Shown in pieces: positions 63,991-64,000 of a stretch of DNA of 64,000 bases; the first letter of the stretch is position 1; the number at the start of each line of letters is the position of its first letter. A program made the position numbers and the translations under genes. The DNA is from Octopus vulgaris (lineage: Eukaryota). The stretch is from NCBI GenBank assembly GCA_951406725.2, contig OX597838.1, positions 34,534,001-34,598,000 on the forward strand, given 5' to 3'. The notes beneath the pieces were generated by a model. The model saw only the letters and a list, made by a program, of their open reading frames with translations, did no database searches and had not been told where the DNA came from.

Positions 63991-64000
63991 TTTGATTTGA

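Overview
This is AT-rich, microsatellite- and SINE-dense eukaryotic DNA; the repeat families resemble those of octopus or other cephalopods. The window holds one complete host gene on the + strand, a CREC-family calumenin-like ER Ca2+-binding protein with a signal peptide, EF-hands and C-terminal HDEF. It has a probable TATA promoter and non-coding exon at ~28.4-28.7 kb, and coding exons at 37103-56208. Its penultimate exon is tandemly duplicated (53149-53360 and 53923-54125), and the splice phases allow only one copy at a time. A 17-bp long-range intronic stem lies between the two copies and may enforce this exclusivity. The rest is mobile DNA: a near full-length RTE LINE with an 18-bp TSD, several LINE fragments, a mariner/maT remnant and many tRNA-derived SINEs. 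There is also a cluster of foldback elements carrying telomeric repeats (6.7-12.1 kb), hammerhead-ribozyme motifs in Penelope-like remnants, and a U6 pseudogene fused to SINE pieces. Most ORFs in the supplied track are repeat artefacts. Repeat boundaries are approximate, and all family calls come from motif recognition by eye, not from database searches.
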